A DNA stretch of 46,558 nucleotides from assembly GCA_963785725.1 (NCBI GenBank), contig CAWAWS010000021.1, forward strand, positions 1 to 46,558, given 5' to 3'. This document shows, one piece after another, positions 1 to 9,900 of this stretch. The stretch's first letter is position 1; each line of letters starts with the position of its first letter. This stretch comes from an uncultured delta proteobacterium (GTDB taxonomy: Bacteria; Myxococcota_A; Polyangia; Palsa-1104). The translations under genes and the position numbers were made by a program. The notes under the pieces are model-generated. The model worked only from the letters and a program-made list of their open reading frames with translations, searched no databases and was not told the DNA's origin.

Positions 1-115
1 GGCCCTAAGCGGTCTTCAGGGCCGCATTCGCTCCGCGCCGGAAAAGCGCGATCGCGACGCCAAAGCGAGCGCGATCATCGACCTCCTTCGATCGGTACAA
101 GCGCCGATTTGCGAT

Positions 116-131
116 TGGCCCGCGGCGTGCT
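116..131 (+). promoter_or_regulatory. Putative sigma54 -24/-12 promoter of the GH18-PDA-GT2 gene
   Basis: TGGCCCGCGGCGTGCT has exact GG-N10-GC spacing (GG 117-118, GC 129-130), 14 nt before ATG 145. Matches like this can arise by chance in GC-rich DNA. Confidence 0.35.
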
Positions 132-144
132 GAGCGCGTCGGTC

Positions 145-3100
145 ATGACGACTCTCCTGCTCGACCCGACGCTCCGCCGTGCCCGAATCGCAGGTGCCAC
201 CGTCGCTGCCCTGTTCGCGGTATTCGCCGCAGTCGTCACGGCTTGCGCGATCGAGTTGTGCTCGGTCGATCGAACGGGCTCACGATCCGGAGAGCGCCCT
301 TTGGCCGGTCAGTCGAGTAGCCGGCAACCGTATACCGGATCTTGTCCGCCTGCCGGACGGCGCGGCCAGCTCGAGAGTGATCCACCCGACATCGATCGCA
401 GCCGGTGCCCGGAGTCGTCGAACGCATTTCTACTTCCCGAGCTGACCGTCTTTGTCGACCCATCGGTGCACGGGGCTGACGAGTCCATCAGGCGCCATGC
501 GAGCCAGATTACGACCGTGGCGCTGGTGGGGCTGCGACTCGGCGAGGATGGGGCGGTCACCGATCAGCTCGATCGCAACCTGTTGCGATTGGCGCACAAC
601 GAAGGGCTACGGACGACGGCGGTGTTGCAAGACGGCGGGCCACGGCGCGTTCATTCGCTCGCACACGATCGCGCCGCCAGATCGCGATTGGCCGACGCGC
701 TCGTCCGGCTGTGCGAGACGGAGCAGCTGCAAGGTATCCACCTCGCGTTCGACGGTTTGCGCGACGATTGGCGCGACCTCGAACCGATCACGGCCGATCT
801 CGGACACCGGCTGCGCCGCGCGCAGGTGGAGCTCTTCGTCGACGTGCCGCCGGGCATCGATGGCGCCACGTTGACTGCGCTGGCCCGACTCGCAAACGGA
901 GTCGTATTGATGGCATTCGACGAGTACGACGCCGGCGGTGCGGCGGGTCCGATCGCGTCGGATGCGTTCGTCGAAGCGGCGTTGCGGTCGGCGTCCGCGC
1001 GTGCGCCCGCGGCGAAGTTGACGGCGGCGCTCGCGCTGCACGGCTACGACTGGCCCACCGGCGCGCCGGGACGCCGCATCTCGTTCGGCCAAGCCCGCGC
1101 GCTCGCACGAAAGGCACAGACCTCGCTGCGGCGGGAGGACGGCAATCTGCACCTGCAATTTGGCGACGGCGACGCGCATCACGAGAGCTGGGTGGCTGAC
1201 GCCGTCAGCGTCGGCAGGCAGTCGCACATCGCGGCCGCGGCGAAGATTCGGTCGCTCGCGTTGTGGCCGCTCGGCGATGAAGATCCCGAGGTGTGGCCGG
1301 CATTGCGGGACAGGCCGGCGTCGGCCGCGCCCGCTCGGACGGACGGACGGGCAGCAGCGGTGGCTGGCCTGACGCCGCGAGGATCGACCGATTCCTCGTC
1401 ACCACCGTCGTCGATGCGAGTCGCCGGGCGACGGCCATCACATGTGCGAGATCGATCCATCGTCGACGAGCGCGGCTCGACATTGTCCGCGCCTTTCGCG
1501 ATCTCGCATTCGCCATCGGCCCAGCCGAAGCAAGCTGATGACGATCGCGGCGCGATGCTCACCGATCCGTTCCCAAAATCCCATTCCCGTGCGGCCGAAC
1601 AAACACGCACGACTATTAATGATGCGCACGGCTTGACGCGCTCCGCGCCAGCGCCAGATTCGCACGCCACGCCGGCGACGCCGAAGAAAGTGGCGCTCTT
1701 GTTCGTCGATGGACCGGATGTCGACTCGACGCCGAACCTTCTCGACATCCTTGCGCGACATCACGTGCCGGCCACGTTCTTCGCCACCGGGACGCGAATC
1801 GTGCGCGCGCCTGAGTTGATCGCGCGCATCTTCGAAGAAGGGCATGAGCTCGGCAATGGAACCTTGTCGCGGGCGCTCGTCGATCCCATGCGCAGCCCAC
1901 GTCTACGTCTCGCGCTCGAAGCGACCTCTCGTCTGCTCGAGCTCCTCATTGGCCGGCGGCCGCGGTTGCTTCGCCAGCCGGCAGCGCCAAACGAGCGCTG
2001 GCCGCCGGCCGGGCTTGGCTACGTCGCTGAGGGGCTGTCGAGCGAGCAAGCAATCGTTGCCAGCGATGCAGGCGAGCTCGTACGCCACATGCTCGATCAA
2101 GCGCGACGCCGCGGCGTGATCGTCCTTCGCGACGATCGCGCCGCCGGCCCGATCCTGCGGCGTGCGCTTCCCGAGGTCATCGCGCAACTCCAGTCGCGCG
2201 GCGTGCAGTTGGTGCCGTTGTCCAACTTGATCGGCAAGCAGCGCGACGACGTCATGCCGCCGGCGCCGGCGCGGACTCGTGTGATCGATCGAACGACGCA
2301 GCTCATATTGCGGACGGTCCTCATGCTTTCGCGCGGGCTGCCGATCATTCTATGGCTGTCGCTGGCGCTGTTTGGCACGCGCGCGCTGGCGGTCGTGGTA
2401 CTGGCGGTCATGGCCTCGCGGCGGGTGTCGAGGTGCACCGTGTCCGCGCCATCGCCGTCGGTTACGGTGCTGATTCCGGTATTCAACGCGCAGGCCACCA
2501 TCGCGAGGACGGTGGGTTCCGTCCTGGCGAGCGACATTCCGCTCGAGGTCGTGATCATCGACGATGGCTCGACAGACGGCACGACCCAGCTCTTGTTGCA
2601 GCGCTATCGACGACAAGCGCGTGTGCGGCTGCTTCGCCAGCTTCACGCGGGACCGATCGCCGCGCTGATGACCGGTCTAACCGCGTGTCAGACCGAGGTC
2701 GTCATCACGCTCGGCGCCGCGAGCGTCTTGTCGCCGGACGCGGCGCGCCACCTCGTCGAGCCGCTGCGTGACGCGCGAGTCGCCGTCGTGTCGGGACATG
2801 ATCGCGGCGAAAGCACGGGCAATATGCTTTCCCGCTGGCAAGCGCTCGAGGCGTTGCTGCATGGCCAGCTCGCGCAGCGCGCGTTGGGCTTGCTCGGGAT
2901 CTTGCCGCTGGCGCCGCGCGCGCTGACCGCCTGGCGTCGCCGTGCCGTCCTCGAGGTGCGCGGATTCTCGTCGACCACGCTGGCCGTCGAGGCCGATCTC
3001 ATCATGACCCTGCTCGCCCGCGGCTGGCGCGCCGTTCACGCGGCCGAAGCGGGCGCGTTCGTCGCGCAGCCGCGGACGCTGCGGGCACTGCTGCGACAGC

Positions 3101-3588
3101 GAATTCATTCGAGCTTCGGTGTTCTCCAGGTCATCTGGCGACATCGCCCGCGACGCGCGCCAACCAACGCCCGCAGCCGGACCGAGGCAGTCATCGGCCG
3201 GCGCCATCGCCTGACTTGGCTCGCGCTCTTGGCCACCGAAGTGGCGATGCCGCTGGCAACGCTGCCCGCGTTCGGCGCAGCCGCCCTGTCCGCTTGGGCA
3301 GGCAGCTTTCGGCCGCTACTTCACGTGGCATTGTTTCTGTTCGCCGTCGAGCTCGTGCAACTCGCGGTCGCACGCGCGCTGTCGCTGTCCTCGCTGGGCA
3401 GTGAACCGACGCGGAGGCTGTTGCTGTCGTTCGTGGCATCGCAGCTGATCTATCGGCCGATTCAGTGGTTGATCGCGCTGCGCTCGATCGGCCGACTCGT
3501 CGACGGAATGCCGATCGGCTGGAGGTCGAGCCAGCGCAACGCCGCCGCGGCTTACGCGGCCGCGACCAAAGCCTTTGCCCGTCGATGA
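145..3588 (+). CDS. GH18-like / NodB polysaccharide deacetylase / GT2 glycosyltransferase membrane fusion protein with degenerate catalytic motifs (1147 aa)
   Basis: N-terminal LLDPTLRR plus TM helix. GH18 scaffold motifs LMAFDE, GPIAS, GYDW, ALWPLGDEDP. NodB scaffold VALLFVDGP, VPATFF, GHELGN. GT2 scaffold VLIPVFN, IIDDGSTDGT, RQRIHSSFGVLQ, then C-terminal TM helices. Start taken as ATG 145 rather than TTG 109. Confidence 0.85.
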   Translation: MTTLLLDPTLRRARIAGATVAALFAVFAAVVTACAIELCSVDRTGSRSGERPLAGQSSSRQPYTGSCPPAGRRGQLESDPPDIDRSRCPESSNAFLLPELTVFVDPSVHGADESIRRHASQITTVALVGLRLGEDGAVTDQLDRNLLRLAHNEGLRTTAVLQDGGPRRVHSLAHDRAARSRLADALVRLCETEQLQGIHLAFDGLRDDWRDLEPITADLGHRLRRAQVELFVDVPPGIDGATLTALARLANGVVLMAFDEYDAGGAAGPIASDAFVEAALRSASARAPAAKLTAALALHGYDWPTGAPGRRISFGQARALARKAQTSLRREDGNLHLQFGDGDAHHESWVADAVSVGRQSHIAAAAKIRSLALWPLGDEDPEVWPALRDRPASAAPARTDGRAAAVAGLTPRGSTDSSSPPSSMRVAGRRPSHVRDRSIVDERGSTLSAPFAISHSPSAQPKQADDDRGAMLTDPFPKSHSRAAEQTRTTINDAHGLTRSAPAPDSHATPATPKKVALLFVDGPDVDSTPNLLDILARHHVPATFFATGTRIVRAPELIARIFEEGHELGNGTLSRALVDPMRSPRLRLALEATSRLLELLIGRRPRLLRQPAAPNERWPPAGLGYVAEGLSSEQAIVASDAGELVRHMLDQARRRGVIVLRDDRAAGPILRRALPEVIAQLQSRGVQLVPLSNLIGKQRDDVMPPAPARTRVIDRTTQLILRTVLMLSRGLPIILWLSLALFGTRALAVVVLAVMASRRVSRCTVSAPSPSVTVLIPVFNAQATIARTVGSVLASDIPLEVVIIDDGSTDGTTQLLLQRYRRQARVRLLRQLHAGPIAALMTGLTACQTEVVITLGAASVLSPDAARHLVEPLRDARVAVVSGHDRGESTGNMLSRWQALEALLHGQLAQRALGLLGILPLAPRALTAWRRRAVLEVRGFSSTTLAVEADLIMTLLARGWRAVHAAEAGAFVAQPRTLRALLRQRIHSSFGVLQVIWRHRPRRAPTNARSRTEAVIGRRHRLTWLALLATEVAMPLATLPAFGAAALSAWAGSFRPLLHVALFLFAVELVQLAVARALSLSSLGSEPTRRLLLSFVASQLIYRPIQWLIALRSIGRLVDGMPIGWRSSQRNAAAAYAAATKAFARR

Positions 3589-3627
3589 CAGCGACGACGC
3601 CTGCGATCTCGCCAACGCGAGCGGCGC

Positions 3628-4530
3628 TCAGCGCTTGTGCGACAGATCTTTGTAAACGGTCTCGACCAGCTGCGACGGCTTGATGAACGAGCCGCCCCAG
3701 ACGGCGTCGTATTCCGCGGTCGGCTTGCTGGCCTGCACGTCGGCCAGCGACTTGCCGGCGGACACGAGCTTCTGCACGCGGTCGCGAATGGTCACGAGCA
3801 TATCGCGCCAGATCTGCAGCTTCGCCTTGTCCGTCACCACGCCGTGTCCGGGAATGATGCGGGTCGACGCTTGCGCCATCGCGAGCACGCGGTCGGCCGC
3901 GCGCACGTAGCCTTCGATGCCGCCGCCCGAGCCGAGGTCGACGAACGGGTAGCCGTTCGAAAAGTAGGTGTCACCCATGTGAATGACGTTGGCCTTCTCG
4001 AAGTGAACGATCGAATCGCCGTCGGTGTGCGCCGGATCGACATGGAAGACATCGACCTCCTCGCCGTCGAGATGGAACGACACTGACTGCGCAAACGTGA
4101 TGACCGGCAGCGCCACCGGCGGCGAAGGCGGAACCCGCCGGCCGGACATCTCCATGACCTGCCCGGTGGACAGACGCTTACGCACGTTGTCGTGCGCGAC
4201 AATCACCGCGCCGGCCGCGCCAAACGCCGCGTTCCCACCCGTGTGATCGCCGTGCCAATGCGTGTTGAACACGAAACGCACCGGCTTCGGCGTCACCTTG
4301 GCGATGGCCTCTTTGAGCTTGGGCGTCATCGGCTGAATCTGGTCGTCGACGAGAAACGCGGACTCCTTGCCGACCAAGAGTGCGATGTTCCCGCCCGGCC
4401 CGCTGATGAGATACAGCGAGTCGGTCAGCTTCTGCGTCTCGAGATCGGCGTCACTGGCATGCTGCGCGCGCGCCGGCAGGTTGACCGCGGCAACGAGCGC
4501 AGTCGCCGCTACCATCGATGAGATTCGCAT
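3628..4530 (-). CDS. MBL-fold metallo-hydrolase (cyclase-like), probably exported
   Basis: NTHWHGDHTGGN (HxHxDH), AHTDGD, HMGD, IIPGHG; N-terminal signal peptide ending in ARA. Confidence 0.9.
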   Translation of the reverse strand: MRISSMVAATALVAAVNLPARAQHASDADLETQKLTDSLYLISGPGGNIALLVGKESAFLVDDQIQPMTPKLKEAIAKVTPKPVRFVFNTHWHGDHTGGNAAFGAAGAVIVAHDNVRKRLSTGQVMEMSGRRVPPSPPVALPVITFAQSVSFHLDGEEVDVFHVDPAHTDGDSIVHFEKANVIHMGDTYFSNGYPFVDLGSGGGIEGYVRAADRVLAMAQASTRIIPGHGVVTDKAKLQIWRDMLVTIRDRVQKLVSAGKSLADVQASKPTAEYDAVWGGSFIKPSQLVETVYKDLSHKR

Positions 4531-4677
4531 CGCGGCATCATGCCATAGCCTCGTTCGCGGTCGTCAGGAGACGAGCGTTCACGACCGGCGCAGGTCACGA
4601 GATCGCGGACGCGTCGGCGAACAAATCGGCGCGAACGGTAGATTAGCGGTGGATGATCGCGCGCGAGTGATGAGCGG

Positions 4678-5910
4678 CTATTTCGTCAGACCCAGCTGAC
4701 GTTCGACCTCGGGACGACGCGCGCAGAGCGCCGCGTGATCGGCCGCGGCAATCTCCGCGTAGCGCAACGCGAAGGCAGACACCGCGCGCGCCAATGCACG
4801 CTCGGCGCCCGCGAAGCGAGTCGGCAGATCGTGCGCGCCACGCCGATGCAGCCGACCGAGCGCCGATCCGCAGGCGGCACACAGCGCGTCGACGTCGGCC
4901 GCCTTGATCGCGGTGCCGTCCACCTTGGCTTCGGTCGGCTGCAGCTCGCGCACGGTAAACGAGCGCCCGGCGATGTGCGCGACGCCGAGGAACGCCGGCG
5001 ACGCCCCTTGCAAACGACGCTGCTGCGCGATGACCTGCTGCGCCGGATCGCCCGTCTCGTTCGGCGCCAGCGAAGACGGCAACGACTCCTTGAGCTCCAA
5101 GATCCGCTCTTTGCCGACCTTCCCGCTCTTGCCCTCGACGAGAACGGCCCAACGAAAGCGGCCGAGGCTGCCGGTTCCGGCGATGCGCGACGCGACGTCG
5201 AGCACGTGTGGCCAGCCCGCGACCTCGCTCGGGCGATCGACGCAGCTGCCGCCGAACTCACGCACGCCGGCGACGATGGCAGCGCGTAGGCCTTCGTCGG
5301 TGACGCGCTGATATTTGTCGGAATTCTTGAAGTGCCGCTGGCCGCCGACCGACTCGACGCGCTTTTCCAGCCACGGCGCGCGCGAGGAGTCGTCGGCCGC
5401 GGCGATGATGGTGCGGACCACGGGCGGCGCGTCTTGCGCCATCATCGGTCGCAGATCGAGCGACGTGGCCGCTACCTTCCACGCCTCCAACATACGGCCG
5501 ATGCGCTCGAGCGCGCGGGCGTCGGCGTGCTTCTCGTCGAAGAGCACGATGGACGTCGCCAGCCGTCCGAGATCGAGCGCGGGCGAGCCAACGCCGGTCT
5601 CGTCGAAGTCGTTGACGTCGAACACGACGCTGCCGTCCGCCGCGCGGAAGGCGCCGAAGTTCTCGATGTGCAGGTCGCCGACGATCGGCTGCGCCGGCGC
5701 GTCGACGAGCGCGTCCAGCCCGACGGAGGGCCAATCGGTCACGAACAGATGGAAGGTCCCGCGCAAGAAGCCGAATGAGGAAGCGCAGATGCGGTCGAGC
5801 TTCGTGCGCAGCCACGCCGGATCGCGACCGTCACCGATAAAACGGCTGTTGTATTTCACGAGCTCCGCCAACGCATCACGGTTCGCGGGGAGTAACGGGA
5901 TGGCCTTCAT
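4678..5910 (-). CDS. DUF2252 family protein (kinase-like fold)
   Basis: SSFGFLRGT, GDLHIENFG, FDVNDFDE, RIAGTGSLG, ELKE, VRELQP. Start MKAIP at 5910 has GGGAGA upstream. Confidence 0.85.
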   Translation of the reverse strand: MKAIPLLPANRDALAELVKYNSRFIGDGRDPAWLRTKLDRICASSFGFLRGTFHLFVTDWPSVGLDALVDAPAQPIVGDLHIENFGAFRAADGSVVFDVNDFDETGVGSPALDLGRLATSIVLFDEKHADARALERIGRMLEAWKVAATSLDLRPMMAQDAPPVVRTIIAAADDSSRAPWLEKRVESVGGQRHFKNSDKYQRVTDEGLRAAIVAGVREFGGSCVDRPSEVAGWPHVLDVASRIAGTGSLGRFRWAVLVEGKSGKVGKERILELKESLPSSLAPNETGDPAQQVIAQQRRLQGASPAFLGVAHIAGRSFTVRELQPTEAKVDGTAIKAADVDALCAACGSALGRLHRRGAHDLPTRFAGAERALARAVSAFALRYAEIAAADHAALCARRPEVERQLGLTK

Positions 5911-6039
5911 GTTGCGATGTATCTCCCGATGTCGGCATTCAGGCAAATCCCGCGCGAACGACGTTCGTGCAGGACCTCTTGGATCGCGCGCCTGCGCGGC
6001 GGTCGCGCCGATATGTTAGAACCGCGGCGGAGGTATCGA

Positions 6040-6720
6040 ATGAGCAATCTCGAGCAATTGCTGAAGCTGAGCGCACCGCCGGTGGCCATCGCATTTACCG
6101 CGGCCGCGCCCGACGGCATTGCCCACGTGAGCCAGCGCGAGCCCGCCGGCTGCGGATATTGGCGCCGTGCGGCCGCCGGCGAAGTCTTCTACACGAACGC
6201 GGACGATCACAAGAGCTGCCCGGTGGGCGCGCACACCCACGGCGTCGCGCTGAACGCCGAAGAGGGCAAGCAGCTGCAAGGGCTCGTCGGGACGATGATC
6301 GGGCTCGAGTACCTGACGATGAAGGATGTCGAGCTGCTGCCGACGCGCAAGGAGCCGTTCGCGTTCGCCGTGTACGCGCCGGTCAGTCGTTCGCCGCTGC
6401 CGCCGGACGTGGTGCTGGTGCGCGGTAACGCCCGTCAGCTCATGTTGCTGTCCGAGGCGGCGCAGTCGGCCGGCGTCAGCGGAGCGACGCCGACGATGGG
6501 CCGCCCGACCTGCGCCGTCCTGCCCGAAGCGATCAACTCGCACAAGACGTCGGCCAGCTTCGGCTGTATCGGCAACCGCGTCTACACCGGCCTGACCGAC
6601 AGCGAAGCCTACTTCGCGATTCCCGGCGCCGAGCTCGCCAAGGTCGAAGAGCGGCTGCGCGTCATCGTGCACGCCAACGACGCGCTCGAGCAGTTCCACC
6701 GCGAGCGCGCCAAGAACTAG
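6040..6720 (+). CDS. DUF169 domain protein (conserved cysteines)
   Basis: PPVAI, GCGYW, SCPVG, PPDVVLV, PTCA, SFGCIGNR. GGAGG RBS precedes ATG 6040. Confidence 0.8.
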   Translation: MSNLEQLLKLSAPPVAIAFTAAAPDGIAHVSQREPAGCGYWRRAAAGEVFYTNADDHKSCPVGAHTHGVALNAEEGKQLQGLVGTMIGLEYLTMKDVELLPTRKEPFAFAVYAPVSRSPLPPDVVLVRGNARQLMLLSEAAQSAGVSGATPTMGRPTCAVLPEAINSHKTSASFGCIGNRVYTGLTDSEAYFAIPGAELAKVEERLRVIVHANDALEQFHRERAKN

Positions 6721-6924
6721 CTCGCCGTATTCGGAGGCCGGTCATTCGACTCGGCCGCTCGCGCCACCCAGCCCCCCCACCCGCATGAATTCCAGAGCAG
6801 CGCACGACCGGTCACCATGGCCGCGTCCTGGCTGCGACCGGGCGTGAACCGACGACGGGACTTGCGCGAGAAAGCGACCGCGGGAGGTTTCCTTGGGCCC
6901 TCGGAAGATCCACAATGAGAGGCT

Positions 6925-9900
6925 GTGTCGAAGACGAAACGAGAGACCGAGGCGCTGGCGGGGTTCGCGCCGGCGACGCGTGCCTGGTTTCGCGACGCCT
7001 TCGCTGCGCCGACGCCCGTGCAGGCGCGGGGCTGGCCGCACCTCGCCCGCGGCGAGCACACGCTCTTGCTCGCGCCCACCGGCAGTGGCAAGACGTTGGC
7101 GGCATTTCTCGCCTGCCTCGACCGGCTGACGCAGCTGTCACCCACCGCCGAGGCCGGCGTGCGCGTCGTCTATGTATCGCCGCTCAAGGCCCTGGCTTAC
7201 GACGTCGAACGCAACTTGCGCGCGCCGCTGGCAGGCATCTCACGCGCCGCCGAGCCGCTGCAGACGACGCTGCGGCAGGTGTCGGTCAGCATTCGCACCG
7301 GTGACACGCCGGAGAAGCAGCGCCGGCAGCTGGCCCGCGACCCGGGCGACATCCTCATCACCACGCCCGAGTCGCTCTATCTGCTGCTCTCGTCGCAAGC
7401 GCGCGGCGATCCTGACCCACGTCGACACCGTCATCGTCGACGAGATTCACGCGCTGGCGCCGACCAAGCGCGGCGCCCATCTCATGCTGTCGCTGGAGCG
7501 GCTGGCGGAGCTGACCGGCCGCGAGCCGCAGCGCATTGGGCTCTCGGCGACGGTGAGCCCACCCGGCGCCGGCGAGGCACGCGGCGGACGCGCGCCCATC
7601 GACGCCATCGCGCGCTTCCTCGGCGGCTCGCGCAACGGCCAGCCGCGGCCGGTGAGCGTCGTCGATGCCGGGGAAAAGCCGCACCTCGACCTGACGATCG
7701 AAGTTCCGGTGGACGATCTGGAGAACCCGCCGCCGGCCGCGGCGACGCCGGGCGCCGACGAGCGCCCGAATGACGAACGCCAAGGCGTGTGGCCGGCGAT
7801 TCACGCGCGCATGTTGGAGCTGGTGCGCCAGCATCAGTCGACGATCGTCTTTGCCAACAGCCGACGGCTCTGTGAACGGCTGGCGAATCGGCTCAACGAG
7901 CTGGCGGGCGAAGATCTCGTGCGCGCCCATCACGGCTCGATCGCGCGCGAGACGCGGCAACAGATCGAAGAGGCGCTGAAGGCGGGTAAGCTGCGCGGCA
8001 TCGTCGCCACCAGCTCGCTCGAGCTCGGCATCGACATGGGCGCGGTCGATCTCGTCGTGCAGGTCGAGTCGCCGGGATCGGTGTCGCGCGGGCTGCAGCG
8101 CGTCGGGCGCGCGGGCCATGGCGTCGGCCGCCGCTCGAACGCGACGATGCTGCCGAAGTTTCGCGGCGATCTGTTGGAGACGGCGGTCGTCGCGCGGCGC
8201 ATGTTGGACGGCCAAGTGGAGCCGATCCGCGTGCCGCAGCGGCCGCTCGATGTCCTGTCGCAGCAGATCGTCTCCATCACCGCCGAGCGTCCGTGGACGA
8301 CGCAGGCGCTGTACGAGCTGGTGACGCGCGCGCACAACTTCGAAGGGCTGTCGCGCGAGCTCTTTGCCGGCGTGCTCGACATGCTCGCCGGCCGCTATCC
8401 CTCCGATGCGTTCGCCGATCTGCGGCCGCGCGTCGTCTGGGACCGCGCGCGCGACACCATCACGGCGCGCAACGACGCGCGCCTCATCGCCATCGTGAAC
8501 GCCGGCACGATTCCCGATCGTGGGCTCTTCGCCGTGCATCTCGGCGCCGAAGGTCCGCGCATCGGCGAGCTCGACGAGGAGATGGTGCACGAGCTGCGCG
8601 TCGGCGAGACCTTCCTGCTCGGCGCGTCGTCGTGGCGGGCGATCGAGATCACGCGCGATCGCGTCATCGTCAAGCCGGCGCCGGGCGAGCCGGGCAAGAT
8701 GCCGTTCTGGCGCGGCGAGGGACCCGGACGGCCGCTCGAGCTCGGTCGCGCGCTCGGCGCGTTCGTCGGCGCGGTGGGCAAGCGCAGCGACAGCGACGCC
8801 AAGGCGTGGCTACAGCGCGACTATCGGCTCGATCCGCGCGCCGCCAACAACCTCATCGCCTATGTTCGCGAGCAGCAGGAGGCGACCGGCGAGCTGCCGA
8901 CCGACGACACGATCGTCATCGAGCGCTTTCGCGACGAGCTCGGCGATTGGCGCGTCTGCATCCTGTCGCCGTTCGGGGCGCGCGTGCATGCGCCGTGGGC
9001 CTTGGCGCTGGAGGCGCTGCTCGGTCGTGACCGCGGGTTCGAGATGCAGAGCTTGTGGAGCGACGACGGCATCGTCCTGCGCTTCGCCGCGACCTATGAC
9101 GGCAACCACGATCCCGAGCCGCCCGAACGCACGCTGTTGGTGCCCGAGCCGGACGAGCTCGAAGACTTGCTGCTGCGCGAGCTGTCGCGCTCGGCCATGT
9201 TCGCCACGCACTTTCGCGAGAACGCGGCGCGCGCGCTCTTGCTGCCGCGCAATCGTCCCGGCCGCCGCACGCCGCTGTGGTCGCAGCGGCTGCGCGCGCA
9301 GAACCTGCTCGGCGTGGCGCTGCAACATCCGGCGTTCCCGATCGTGCTCGAGACCTATCGCGAGTGCCTGCACGATGTCTTCGATGTGCCGGCGCTGATC
9401 GAGCTGCTGCGTCAGATTCAGCGCCGTCAGGTGCGCATCGTCGAAGTGGAGACGCCGCGCGCGTCGCCGTTCGCGCGCTCGCTCGCGTTCGCCTATGTCG
9501 CGGCCTACCTCTACGAGGGCGACGCGCCGCTCGCCGAACGGAAGGCGCAGGCGCTGACGCTCGATCGTAACCTCTTGCGTGAGCTGCTCGGCCAAGAGGA
9601 GCTGCGCGATCTGCTGGAGCCGCAGGCGATCGCCGAAGTCGAGGCCGATCTGCAGTCGCTGTCGACCGAGCGGCACGTCCGCAGCGCCGACGGCGTGCAC
9701 GACCTCTTGCGCCGAGTCGGCGATCTGACGCTGGAAGAGGTGTCGGCGCGGCTGGACGGCGATGCGACCGCGATGCTGCGCGAGCTCGGCGACAGCGGGC
9801 GCGCGTTCGTCCTGCGGGTGGCGCGGCAGCAGCGCTGGGCCGCCGCCGAGGATGTCGCCAAATATCGCGACGCGCTCGGCGTCGCGCCGCCGCCGGGTGT

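Noticed and set aside
6721..6924. Possible LexA box or structured RNA upstream of lhr
   Set aside because: No recognisable SOS-box pattern or riboswitch signature could be supported by eye.
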